Below are positions 14,563-27,029 of a stretch of DNA of 64,000 nt, one piece after another (positions within the stretch are counted from its first letter, which is position 1; every line of letters starts with the position of its first letter). Origin of the DNA: Octopus sinensis. Lineage: Eukaryota. The notes under the pieces are model-generated. The model did not search any database and was not told the DNA's origin. It was given only the letters and a program-made list of their open reading frames with translations. The stretch covers positions 63,426,001 through 63,490,000 of the forward strand of contig NC_042997.1 in NCBI RefSeq assembly GCF_006345805.1. Direction: 5' to 3'. Position numbers and translations under genes: made by a program.

Positions 14563-14940
14563 TAGCAGTATCGCCCGGCGTTGCTCAGGTTTGTAAGGGA
14601 AATAACTATAAAGCATTTTTAGAGAGTTATAGCCAAAAAATAGCAAAAAAATGGAAAAAAAATTATGGAAATTTTTTTTGAGAGTAATAAAAGGTTGAGT
14701 TGCGTCCCCTAGACAGTCTGTGGTTTGTTTTTTTTTATTCTCGACCCCATGTCGAATTTATCGATTTTTTTCAGAACTGGGGGAACTTTTCAAAATTTTC
14801 GCTGCGTTAGTTTTGAATTATGACATTGGGCTATGTGTCTGTCAAGTTTCATCAGAATCGGTTGAAAGCCGTGGTCAGGGTGAGGGTACGAGAAAACAGA
14901 CACACAGAAACACGCACAGACAAACTGCCGTTTATATAGA
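14562..14940 (-). mobile_element. Non-autonomous Helitron (379 bp)
   Basis: Minus strand begins A|TCTATATAA and ends with the GC hairpin CCTGAGCAACGCCGGG, then 8 nt, then CTAG|T. These are canonical Helitron termini, with an AT target and no TSD, inside (TA)n. Confidence 0.8.
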
Positions 14941-14960
14941 TATATATATATATATACATA

Positions 14961-16605
14961 CAGTTGCGGCCAAAAATGTTCAGAACGGCATTGTTTTCGT
15001 CAGAAAAGTAGGTATAAGTTTTTATCAAAGTTGTTTTATATTCTATAATTTTCACAGATATTAAATACAATATTAATTGTTATTGTCCGAGATTTTGGTG
15101 TAATTTGAGAGGATAATACAAAAGTTATTTAGGGATTTACTGCAATTTGATGATTTAGTGATTTACTGCAAAACCCATGGCGGCCAAAATGATCAGAACG
15201 GTTGAAAAAATAACAAAATAATCAAAAATGACAGAGAGTACTGGAATTATTTAATATTTAGTGTTAAGCCCTTTAGCTTCAATCACACTCTGACATCTTC
15301 GACTGCATGAGGAAATTAAATTTTCAATTTCTTGCTGGGTGATCTTATTCCATTCTTCCTGAAGGGCATTCCATAATTGCTCGGTTGTTTTAGTATTTCT
15401 GGCTTTCGAACGTTCTCCTAGAATATTCCACACATTTTCAATAGGATTGAGATCTGGGCTTTGAGCTTGCCAATCCATAACAATAACCTTTTCAGCCTTG
15501 AGGAAGTTCATGACCACCTTAGACTTGTGACATGGGGCATTGCCCTGCATGAATATGGGTGGTCGCTTAGTTGAATTTCTCAGCACAGGCAAGACATGAT
15601 CTTTTACAAGTTGTTTATAAACCCCTGCATTTAACTTTCCATGTAATCGCACCAAAGGCCCACACCATCTCCAGATATCATTCCCCAAGCCATGACACTT
15701 CCTCCACCGAATTTAACACTAGTCTTAAGGCATTTAGGCAACAAATTTTCACCTACTTTTCTACGAACGTACCTTTTCCCATCTGAGCAAAATAGCATAA
15801 ACTTAGATTCATCACTGAAATGCACCGTTTGCCATTTTTCTTGAGACCACAACACATGTTCGGTTGCAAAGATAAGACGACACTTTTTATTCTTGGAGCT
15901 GATCAGTGGCTTCACTGCGGGTACTGTTGCTTGTAGGTCATGTTCAACTAAGCGACGAGACACAGTTTTTCGAGATAAAGTTTTCTTCAATACAATGCTC
16001 ATTTTCCGAGAAACAGCAGCAGCAGTTATAAATCTGTCCTTTTTAACCAACATTACCAAAGCACGATCTTCTCTCTTGGTCGTTTTTCGTGACCTACCTG
16101 TAAACGTTCTTGCTTCACACGAACCAAAATCATCGTAGACCTTAAGAATACCGTGTACAACACTTTTTGACTTGTTAACAATCTTTGCAATAGATCCAAT
16201 ACTTAAATTATCCTTCCTTCGAAGCTTAATAATCTCCTGACGAATTGATAACGGAGTAAGTGGCATTATATTAACAAAGTACACTGCAAATATTCTTACT
16301 AATGTTTAGTAAACGAACCGTCACGTAAACAAATTCGAAACATTAGAGTTCGCCGGTTAAATATACCAAAACACGGAGTAAAAGCAACTGTTCTGATCAT
16401 TTTGGCCGCCATGGGTTTTGCAGTAAATCACTAAATCATCCATAACTTTTGTATTATCCTCTCAAATTACACAAAAATCTCAGACAATAACAAATAATAT
16501 TGTAATTATTGTCTGTGAAAATGATAGAATATAAAACAACTTTGATAAAAACTTATACCTACTTTTCTGACGAAAACAATGCCGTTCTGAACATTTTGGC
16601 CGCAA

Positions 16606-16608
<3 letters not shown>
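14961..16608 (-). mobile_element. Full-length Tc1 element (DD34E) with long IR/DR-type TIRs, disabled
   Basis: TA|CAGTTGCGGCC...GGCCGCAACTG|TA. TIRs ~14961-15204 and ~16385-16608, each carrying an outer and an inner copy of the GCGGCCAAAATG.TCAGAACGG motif. Confidence 0.96.
15251..16266 (-). pseudogene. Tc1 transposase with a 1 bp frameshift near 15660
   Basis: ORFs 15631..16284 and 15251..15688: paired-like HTH, GRSRKT, FSDESKF, second catalytic D mutated (MQGNAPCH), SPDLNPIENVW with 34 residues between D2 and E. Confidence 0.95.
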
Positions 16609-16688
<80 letters not shown>

Positions 16689-17350
16689 TGTGTTTGTGTC
16701 TGAATGTATGTGTTTGTGTGTATCTGCCCTCATGCTCAACACTATACATCAGTGATTTTATATGTCTATTCATTTTTTAATGCATGGACAGAAGAAAGTT
16801 ACACAATTTGATCATTAGTGAGCGAGAAATACAATCACTCGCTTGCACAATCTAATACACGAGAGGATTCGACACAGTTTCTATCCACCAAATTTACAAG
16901 GAAATCAATGGGTGGTCTGTGTTTATTAGAAACATTCAACCAATATATCACGCGAAAAGAGGGAATCCAAATCCATGTGGTTGCAAAGCATTTAAACTTG
17001 CTTACTCTTGATATAAAAAAGAGGAGAATGAAGTAAGATATAATTTCATCTGACATTTACAATATCAAACTATACTGATTTTTGACATTAAGTGGGAAAA
17101 AGTAGACTGATCTGTTTAGAAACTGATCATATATCCACACGGCAAAAGAAAATTATAGTTTATGTAAAGCTGAACAGTAACTCATATTTAATACGTCAAC
17201 AAATGACGCTGCATTTATCAGTCACAGTGGAAATGATCGAAATGTGCACAAACGTCATATGAATCAGTCACAAATTGAACCCGGACATCTTCTTATAAAA
17301 TTTACTCCAGTACTTGTGATATAATTTTTTCGTGTCATTTTCGTATATTC

Positions 17351-17930
17351 AAGGCGGCGAGCTGCAGAAACGTTAGCACCCCGGGCGAAATGCGTAGCCG
17401 TATTTCGTCTGCTGTTACGCTGTGAGTTCAAATTCCGCCGAGTTCGACTTTGCCTTTCATCCTTTCGGGGTCGATAAATTAAGCACCAGTTACGCACTGG
17501 GGTCGATATAATCGACTTAATTCGTTTATCTGTCCTTGTTTGTCCTCTCTGTGTTTAGCCCCTTCTGGGTAGTAAAGAAATAGGTATTTCGTCTGCCGTT
17601 ACGTTGTGAGTTCAAATTCCGCCGAGGTTGACTTTGCCTTTTATCCTCTCGGGGTCGATAAATTAAGTACCAGTTACGCACTGGGGTCGATATAGTTGAC
17701 TTAATCCGTTTCTCTGTCCTTGTTTGTCCCCTCTGTGTTTAGCCCCTTGTGGGTAGTAGAGAAATAGGTATTTCGTCAGTCGATACGTTCTGAGTTCAAA
17801 TTCCGCCGAGGTCGACCTTGCCTTTCGTCTTTTCGGGGAAGATAAATTCAGTACTAATTAAAACTTGGGGCCGATACAATCGCCCCTCCTGAAATTGCTG
17901 CCCTTGTGGCAAAATTTGAAACCATTATTT
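17351..17930 (+). mobile_element. Tandem trimer of SINE family 1
   Basis: Full head at 17351. Headless units restart at ggtatttcgtc at 17583 and 17767 (184 bp period). The last unit has the standard ...aaatttgaaaccattatt tail. Confidence 0.9.
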
Positions 17931-18074
17931 TGCGAAATACTCCGCAGAATACTTTTCTACAATCCACGACTATTATTTTTTCTACAGTTTTCCTTATCCC
18001 TCCTTCATTTCCAATTCTATGTTGGTATTATATTATTCAGTGATGCATTTAGCAAGCAAAAACAATAATATTGG

Positions 18075-18220
18075 TTTTACCCCAGTGCGCAACTGTTATT
18101 TTATCGATTCCAGAAAGATGAAGGGCAACGCCGACCTCGGCGCAATTTGAACTTAGAGCGTAAAGAAGGACGAAATGTCACTATGAATGTTGCCCGCTGT
18201 GCTAATGGTTCTGTCAGCTC
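18075..18220 (-). mobile_element. SINE family 1, degenerate
   Basis: ccgacctcggcgcaatttgaacttagagcgtaaagaaggacgaaatg. Confidence 0.8.
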
Positions 18221-18589
18221 TTGTTTCTACTTTATCTTGAAATTTCATTCTTTAGAATTTATATCTGCGACTTAGTTTTATCCTCTGTGATAGCTGTCAT
18301 ATGAGGGTGTATCGATATACTGATGTGATTGATGTAGGCTGAAGATGATATTTGGGGATGCTGGGAGTTAATTCTATATTTTTGCCTTCATCTCTTCTGT
18401 ATTTTTCCTTGTGAATTTTCAGATTTTTTTGGTATTTTCTTACTGGGACCCTCCGACGAGAATCCCCACTGATGCTCTACCTTCTTGAAAGAGCAGCAAA
18501 ATATTCCTCAAATTATATCTAATAAGACCTCCCGTTGCATAAAAATGGATGGTTACATTAAATCATGTTTAACTACACCTATCGGTTTT

Positions 18590-18795
18590 AATTTGTGGCA
18601 GAAGGCCAGAGATTTTGAGGGAGGAATATGTCGATTATATTGACTCCAGTAATTAAATGGTACACTTTATATCGACTCCCAAACGATGAGAAATAAAGTC
18701 TATTTGGGCGGAATTTTAAATTAAAACATTTGACGGACAAAATGCCGGTACGCGTATTGCCCGGCGTACTAACGGCAATGTCAGCTCATCACCAG
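18590..18795 (-). mobile_element. SINE family 1, degenerate
   Basis: gtcgattatattgactccag...gacggacaaaatgcc...gcccggcgtactaacgg. Confidence 0.75.
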
Positions 18796-19052
18796 ATGTT
18801 TAACTAGAAACGTTATTTCTTAACAAATGCAGAATAATTATTCCTGTAAAACCTTTGGTTAGTGTTCTGTTCGTTGTTCATTCAAAGTTGAAAATAGGAT
18901 ACAAAACAGCAGAATATGTAGGGAAAATTACAAACCTAATTAAATAGGTGAATTCACAGCTGAAATATAGTAACAGCCAGCTATATCAACTATTTTTATT
19001 AGGGATATCTAAATTATTGATTTTTAAAACCGAATACGCACACATACACACA

Positions 19053-19104
<52 letters not shown>

Positions 19105-19904
19105 CAGGGACTTTTGGTGAATCATTTTGAGATATATAGTTTGAGAATGTAGTTGTGTAAGACCGAAACGATGCGGGAAGGTACAAAGTAAGCTACCAAA
19201 GCAAAAGAAAAGGGAACAATGTTGCAGTTTTACCTTGTATCTCTAAAGTTCGGGATAATATCCCTTTCTTGATGACATTCAGAAAAGCGGTAGTTGGAAA
19301 GGAACGCCAGATCACATGATTTAGACATCCGTATGATTTGTCAATGATGGCAGTTCGACAGCTAAAGATAGCAGTGGCTCATCTCCCTACCATCGATATA
19401 TAGACTAAACAATGCCAGAACACGCGCTGTTATCGCGATTAGCCGGTTATCTTGTTGAAAAATATTTATCAGCGACAGTGGCAGTATTCATACGAAGAGG
19501 TAATATTTATTCTTACTTAAACGTGGATATCTGTTAGAACAAATTTTACTGCGTAGTTACCACAAGAGAAACATTCATATTGGCTTTTTGGTGGTAAATG
19601 CACTCGTGTTTAAAAAATAAGCAATCTCTTTAGGTTCATTCCTATCAATCCTAACAGACAAATTAGAATTATGGACAGGAAGTATGACGCCATTTAACGA
19701 ATTATTAATCATTTCATGTAGATGATAAAACATTGTTTTGATGTAACTGATATCGTTGTGTGACGGCAGCAATTAAAACAATTATCTCCCAAAAACTACA
19801 TGTATGTGAGAGTATTTTAGCTAATTCAATAATTTATAATTCGGATTTCAGACAATACTGACTCGATTTCATAATTATTTAATTAACATTCTGCGTAATA
19901 CTAA

Positions 19905-19910
19905 ATTAAA

Positions 19911-19958
<48 letters not shown>

Positions 19959-20035
19959 TACTACTACTACTATTATAATTATTATTACTATTATTATTAT
20001 TATTATTATTGTTATTATTATTATTATTATTATTT
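19905..20035. repeat. (ATT)n/(ACT)n microsatellite
   Basis: Direct reading. Confidence 0.95.
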
Positions 20036-20264
20036 GTTTTTATTACAATTATTGTTATAAAACATATAACTTCGTCAAATTACATTTTTACCACCAGACG
20101 ACTAATAAAACATTTTAAATTCACTTTTTATACTAGTAAATCTGAATATCGAATAATGATTCATGGACTAAAACGTCACTTCCCCATATTGTTTTATTCT
20201 CGAATTCAACGATGCTTTTATTTTATATATCAGAGAATCAAAGTATGTAACTGGTCTGTAATCT

Positions 20265-20880
20265 TTAACTGGTTTTCGGGATTCGGATCTCCAACTGGAG
20301 AGCAACTAGGATGAGCTGATGAACAGCTTAGCGCATCTCATCCAGAAATGGGAAGAGAGAAAGCTGTCTTTGAATGGTTGAGCAGAGGTGGAAAATGCAT
20401 ACATCACCTCCGTCATATATTACTGCCTGACCGTCGTGCTTTGCTCTAGCATACATCTGACCAAACTGTAGCGCATACTATTCCCCTTTCTGAGGAGGGA
20501 AGGCATTCCACTGCTCAGGGGACCCGTTTGTTGTCAACAGCCGCTAAATGGAGGACAGGTCATTCCGTAAGTTCTGATGTGCAGACAAGCAGTGTGACTA
20601 CGATATCAACAGCGCTTCCTTGGTGTTGAGCATATGTGAACACCGTTTGTCAGACTCACTCTTCCATAGCTAATTTTTTTTACTGATCTTCAGCCCTGGA
20701 TGAAGCGTAGGCCGAGGCTAGCACCTAGGGTGTCATCAGTTGCTCACAGTTCTCTGTCAGTCAGGTAACGACGTCGGTAGAAGTTCCACTTTGGCGTTCT
20801 ATAAAGGGTTAAATGTCAAGCAAGTACGACGAGTTTCTTGGGGAAACTCTGGGCATCGACGAGAATCAGCTGGCTAATCT
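20265..20880 (+). mobile_element. Old Tx1/L1-type LINE fragment
   Basis: Nucleotide similarity to 24560-25180, e.g. gagagaaagctgtct, actgcctgaccgtcgtgc, ctgggcatcgacgagaa. Many stops and indels. Confidence 0.8.
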
Positions 20881-22199
20881 GATCTGATTTTCTCTTTTTA
20901 TTAGATATCCATACTGTTATCATATTCCCATCTATAATATTTCGCTGCTTTTTTGTCCTCTGCCATATCTGCTCTCCTGGCATTGAATTATGGTTATTCG
21001 TTATGGGGAAAGCTCATAAAATTTTCATTCATTATCACGGTCTCTAGCTTTGGTATTTTATGACACTTTTCTACCGCTTAATGTCCCAGTGCAATCTTTC
21101 ACCAGCACAATCATTTATGCTCATATACACCTTTTATGCTAGCCTACAGCATCCACTTAAGAGACAACAAATACTTTTATCTTCTTTCAACAGATTGTGT
21201 GTTTGCGCGCTCACTAACATAACCTGTGCCACTATTACTGTAGATTCCATTTTCCATTTCATAGATTTAACCTATAGATTTTCCTTTTATTAATCCTCTG
21301 AAGCAAAACGTGGAGTCTCAGCTATACATTAAAGAATGAATACATTTCATTTTTCTGTGAACAGAACTGACACTGTACTAAACTGATTTCATGCATCATA
21401 GAAAAACATATATTTAAAAACAAAGTTACAAAAGAGAAAACAGTAGTTTCCTTTCCTTGAAATTTTGATCAACTGCTGTATAGTAATAAGAAAAATATTA
21501 TTGTAAAACATTATATATAGAGACGTTTATGCTAAACTCTCCATTCAGTTTGTTTATTCTTATATGTTAGATGCTTTTAAGGTTGTAATAAATATTTTCA
21601 AAACTTTTAATGAAATTATAAATTTAATGACATTTACATGTTTTCTGAATATGACTATAGGATCAAATGATTCATTTTTTCTCAAACAGATTTAATTTTC
21701 ACGTCATCTCTGGTTTTTTTATATGCAAATGTAACGTGTAAAGTAATGTATAATGCTCTTGTTGTGCTCGGCAACCCGTTAGGATAAACAGCTGTCAATT
21801 GTATTTGTCAAAATACAACCTTTTCAAAAGTCAAAACGCAGTGAAAGATGAATTACGTAGGTAGTGTATTGCAAAAATTTAGAATTTATCAAACGAATTC
21901 ATTATATGCAGTTCAATTAACATTTCTCATTATATTCTGTAATCAGGATAGTAATTAAGCTGCAATAAGGCTTCACAGTACAAATGGAATATTTATAGTC
22001 CCCGAAGCATCTAATATGCAATTGGTCTGAATATTTTATTAATATAATTAATTACGTTATGGTTTTTCCCCGAGAGAAAAGTTGTTTCAAAATATCTAAA
22101 GCTGCTTGCAAATTTCAAAGACTTGCCACCAATTCGCTTGAGAATGTCCAAACATTATTCATATTATCATTACTATTACTTCTAACTAATCTATTACAT

Positions 22200-22845
22200 A
22201 AAACGAGGTCTCAAAATTGGGGGAATGGAACAATCGATTATATCGTTCCCAGAAATGGAATGGTAATATATTTTATTTAGCCAAGGATAAAATGCAATGT
22301 TGATTTCGGTTGGATTTGAACTGAAAGCCTAGAATGTCCAAAGTATGAAGCGCAAGTATAATTAAACACACTAACGATTCTCTAAGCCCCGTTTCTCAAC
22401 CACCAACAAACAAAATAATACTAATTACTAACAAAAAATTGGTTTCAAATTCTGGCGCAATGTCAGCAATTTCGTGTGATGATGTATGTTGATTACTCAT
22501 TTTATCGACATTACAGCTCAGAACGTAAAGACAGACGAAATGCATCTAAGCATTTTGCCTGACAGGCTAACGCTTCTCTCAGCTAACCACCTTAATTGCC
22601 ACCCAAATTATGAAGACGATATTTATATCATTGGTCTTCAATGAAGCAGCACGCTTCTGGAATAGTTAACGCATTGAACAAAGTACTAAGCAGCGTTTCT
22701 GACTTATTACGTTCTGAGTTCAAATTACTTCAAGATGAATTTGCTTTTCATTCTTTCGGGGTCGATAAAATAATTACTAGTCATGTACTATGGTCAATGT
22801 AATCGACTTGCTTCTCTCCTCACGGTTGCTAGCCTTGTCTCCCCA
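22200..22845. mobile_element. Cluster of three degenerate family 1 SINEs (-,-,+)
   Basis: Minus copies at ~22200-22390 and ~22430-22593; plus copy at ~22640-22845 with gttctgagttcaaatt and ctttcggggtcgataaaa. Confidence 0.75.
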
Positions 22846-22989
22846 CCAAACAATTCTAACGAAATTGAAGTTAGATTTACTTAGTCACAAATCCATCAGC
22901 GTATTTAACAAGTATGTAAGGTGAATTTATATTTTTACCATCCTCAGAATTTGTCTAGCGTTCCCCTATTACGATCGCCTAACCATTAT

Positions 22990-23336
22990 TGTAAGACGCA
23001 ATAACAGTGCTATTATATGTACCTCTCTGCTAGTTCCGTGGTCGTCCTTCAGTTGGACGTTCCGTTGTGATGGTAGCACTGGTTATAATTACGTTCCTTT
23101 CTTTCCTGGCTAGCCTAAGAGTGTGATCGAGCAGTGTGACCGGTTACACTGAAAAGAATGGGAACTGCAACCATGCGTTCACTGTAACAACGATGTGCAT
23201 TTGTTGTGTTGCTTCTCAGTCACAACGCTATTATATTCCTCTTCTTATACTGTTGTATCACTGTGCAATCTATTAAATAACAACAGGTTTTTCTCCAGCT
23301 TTCCCCCATATTTATCTGTCATACTATTACGTAACA
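22990..23336 (+). mobile_element. Possible solo LTR
   Basis: TGTAAG...GTAACA ends and an ATTAAA ~60 nt before the end. No matching TSD found. Confidence 0.3.
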
Positions 23337-23839
23337 ACTGATTTCCCTCATGTTCTTCTCACGCTATCTATCTATCTATCTATCTATCTATCGACTGACG
23401 TGTTGTCACCTCGGCTCCGAAGGTAATCGTTTATTTTGACTATTTATAGCCCATATTTTGTGTACATTTTTGTAAATAAGTTGTGTAAGGCACCCAACTT
23501 TCGTTTGAGTGATTATGCAAGGGAGGAATTCGCCCCTAGGGGCAGTTTCAACCCTATTTAATTTGTGTATTTTTCTTCTCGACATTAAAAAATGTCGAGA
23601 AATGTTGTTGTAGAACGCTGGTCGCTTTCCTTTATGGACCAGCATTTTCCTAGACTTGAAACGTTAGGAGAAAAAAAGAACTTATGCACGCACACACATT
23701 CGACAAAGACAAACCTGAGTGACGTGGTAGTGAACGCTACAACCACTTGCGGTAACAGCCCTGTCAGCACCACCACCACTAACAACAACAACAACGATAC
23801 TACTACTGCTACCACCACCACCTCCACCACCATTTTATA

Positions 23840-25850
23840 GATAATTTTAGGCCCATCACTCTGCTCAACGCAGATTTGAAAATTTTGGCCAAAGTAATAG
23901 CCGAGAGGTTGGCGCTTGTCATTGGTAAACTGGTCGACAGGGCGCAAACATGCGCCGTGCCGAGCAGAACCATGCAGGACAACCTCCATCTGATGTGCTA
24001 CATTGTGGACAGGGTAGTTAAGGATCCTGGCATGGGTGGGGCGCTGATCAATTTGGATCAGTCTAAAGTCTTCGATAGGGTCGAACATCGGTACTTGGCG
24101 GCCGTCCTCAGGGCGGCTGGCTTCGGTCCCGTCTTCCGCGGTTGGATCGCTGCCTTGTATAGCGGCATCCGATCGGTGATTCGGGTGAACGGTCACCTGT
24201 CGAAACCGTTTGACATCCCGCGTTCGGTCCGTCAGGGGTGTCCCCTGTCGGCGCTTCTGTATGTACTGACTCTCGAGCCGCTACTGCGGAAGCTGGCGAC
24301 ACTGAGGGGCATACCACGGGAACTGGGTTGCGGGACGAGCGTGTCGGCATATGCGGACAATGTCACCGTCATGGTGTCGAGCGAAAAACACATCCAGATG
24401 CTAGGCGGGATACTAAGAAAAACGAAACGGTGACAGGAGCGAAGATTAACCCGGAAAAGTCAGTGGGTTTGCTACTCGGCACCTGGAGAAGCAAGCCCGT
24501 GCCGTCCGACTGAGGCTCAGTAGTGGGACGCTGGACGGACGGACCGGTTAAATTGCTCGGGGTCTGGTTCAGTCCGGACCTCCAAATGGATAAGAACTGG
24601 GACGAGATCACGAGTAGAGTGGTCGCTCTCAGCCAAACATGAGCCGAGAGAAAGCTGTCTCTAAAAGGCCGGGCGGAGGTGGCGAACGCGTACATCGCAT
24701 CCGTCATCGATTACCGCCTGACCGCCGTGCCTTGTCCCGACCCTACCATCACCAAACTGGAACGCATACTCTTCCGCTTCCTGTGGAAGGGTGGCGTTCC
24801 GATGGTGAGGAAGTCCATTTGCTGTCAACATCCGTTGAATGGAGGACTGGGCATGTCGTGGTTGATGATGCGCAGGCATACGCTGAGACTGCGACATCTC
24901 TGGAACTTCATCGACGACGGTGAACAGGTGTGGGCGCCGTTTGTGAGGCGCCACTTCCCGCAGCTCGTCTCACTGACCGAACTGCAAACGTGGATCAAGA
25001 AGAGACCGAAACTGGGCGATTGGCACCGAGAGTGTCGCCAAGCTCTACAGCAGCTCTGCCGACCGGGGTCAAACTTGTGCAACTTACAAACGACTAAAGC
25101 GTTCTATAGAGGACTAGTGGAGGGGAGGTCCGACGACACACTCGGGGCAAACCTGGGCGTCGACGAGAAATTCCTAACCCGCCTTTTCAGGACGACGTTC
25201 GGGCCGGGGCCTATGGACAACTTCTAGAAATCCTTGGCTTGGCAGTGCTATCGAGTCGCACTACCTGTTCGAGAGAAGAGCTGCAGGCACGGTTCGAAAA
25301 CCATCACCGGACCGACCTGCCCGAGATGCGGTCAGAGTGACGAAACCGTTCTGCATGCACTCGTGCAGTGTCCAGATATTTCAGAGCTGTGGACCTTCGT
25401 CGAACAGCTGTTGTCGCGTGTAGGTCGGGCCCGCCTATCGGCCGAGTCTATTGTGTATATTGTTCCACCACCTTCCTTTAATCGGGAAGGGAAAACGGTT
25501 TTCGTTACGCTGATGTCTATGGCGAAAGAATGTGTGTGGTGGACGCGTTTGAAAGGACTGCAAACAAACACCTTCCTCTCTGGTCAGTCTCTCGTCAACT
25601 TTTTCAAGTACCACTTGAAAATGAGGATGAGAATAGAGAAGAAGGCTTTGTCGAACGAATGTTTTAATGAAAAGTGGGTAAAAGTGACAAAAATGGTCTG
25701 TATGAAAGACGACGCTATTTTAAGCGTAAATCTGTAAGGCGACTTACTCATGTGTTCATTTTCGAACTGTCTGAGGTGACCTTGGTCTTTTTTGTAGGTA
25801 TTTCTTTTCAAGGCTACACCTAAACTGTGAACTTTATATATATATATTAC
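23840..25850 (+). mobile_element. 5'-truncated Tx1/L1-clade LINE (RT plus C-terminal CCHC)
   Basis: DNFRPITLLNADLKILAKV, LDQSKVFDRVEH, SVRQGCPLS, AYADNV (mutated YADD), KLLGVWF, RKLSLKGR, CPRCGQSDETVLHALVQC. In-frame stops and frameshifts; T-rich 3' UTR. Confidence 0.92.
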
Positions 25851-25877
25851 TTTTTTATACACCATACAACCCACAAT

Positions 25878-25878
25878 C

Positions 25879-25916
<38 letters not shown>

Positions 25917-25917
25917 A

Positions 25918-25953
<36 letters not shown>

Positions 25954-25970
25954 AATCATCTATCTATCTG

Positions 25971-26038
<68 letters not shown>

Positions 26039-26162
26039 CCTATCTATCTATCTATTTCTCAATCTATCTAGTTATCTGTCTATCTATCTATCTATCTATC
26101 TATCTATCCATCCATCCATCCATCCATCCATCCATCCATCCATCCATCCATCTATCTATCTA

Positions 26163-26215
<53 letters not shown>

Positions 26216-26260
26216 GTGTGTGTGTGTGTGTGTGTGTCTGTCTGCCTGTGTGCACTTGTG
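25878..26260. repeat. (TATC)n/(CCAT)n/(TG)n compound microsatellite
   Basis: Direct reading. Confidence 0.95.
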
Positions 26261-26649
26261 TGTGTCACTATGTGGATGTGTGCATGTATCAGTACGACAT
26301 TAAACTGCATGCAGTAGCTGGGCCCTGCTATTGGGCTCCAGGGTTTTTGAAGAGAATAGAAATACCACTTAAATAATATTGTTCCCAGGTTTAATCTACT
26401 CCGGAGTTGGATCATGTGATAGTGTCCCAGCGACTAGTTAATTGGGAGTGAAGCACCCATAGTTCTCATTAGAACTTCCTTCTTGAAGGCAATCTCATTA
26501 AAACACCGGAAGTGCAATTGTTTTCTGGTTGTCTCAACCTCTGTTTTGCAACTGATGTTTTGCGCAGACTCACGGACCTACTGACTTTAGGAAGTAGATT
26601 TACTCAGTCACAAGTTAACCTACACCAATGTATGTATGGGAACATATAT

Positions 26650-26755
26650 AGGTGTAGGCGTAACTGTGTGGTAAGAAGCTTGCTTCCCATCCACATACTA
26701 CTATAGTATCGGGCCGAGGATTTGGTTGACGGAAACTGAAAGAAGCTCGTCGCAT
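26650..26755 (+). mobile_element. Internally deleted SINE family 2
   Basis: ggcgtaactgtgtggtaagaagcttgcttccc head joined to the gacggaaactgaaagaagctcgtcg tail; parallels 30700-30803. Confidence 0.7.
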
Positions 26756-27029
26756 ATGCACGTGTGTGTGTATATGCGTGCGTGTATTTATGTGTGTACC
26801 TCTGCGTTTTTGGCTTCATCCTACCAGCTCACTGCCTTACCCAACAAAGCATATTTTGTTAAACTGAAACTGTTCCTAAAGTAAAAAGAAAGGGATTAGT
26901 AAAACTATTTTTAGATTTCCTAAAAAAGCAACATTTTGGACTCATGACACTTTTGCATAATAGCAACGATGTATATATATATATATATATATATATGCAT
27001 GTATGTATGTATGTATGTATATACGTGCG

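Noticed and set aside
17351-17930. CRISPR-like or tRNA-gene array
   Set aside because: The units are contiguous SINE bodies with no unique spacers and no complete cloverleaf; the context is eukaryotic.
20300-20350. CTGATGA...GAAA in the old Tx1 copy
   Set aside because: No stem II/III geometry; the nearby hairpin does not fit hammerhead topology. The same applies to ctgatga at ~8008, ~43947 and ~49142.
23585-25082. Antisense ORFs (203, 112, 97 and 85 aa)
   Set aside because: Shadows of the GC-rich Tx1 RT on the opposite strand.
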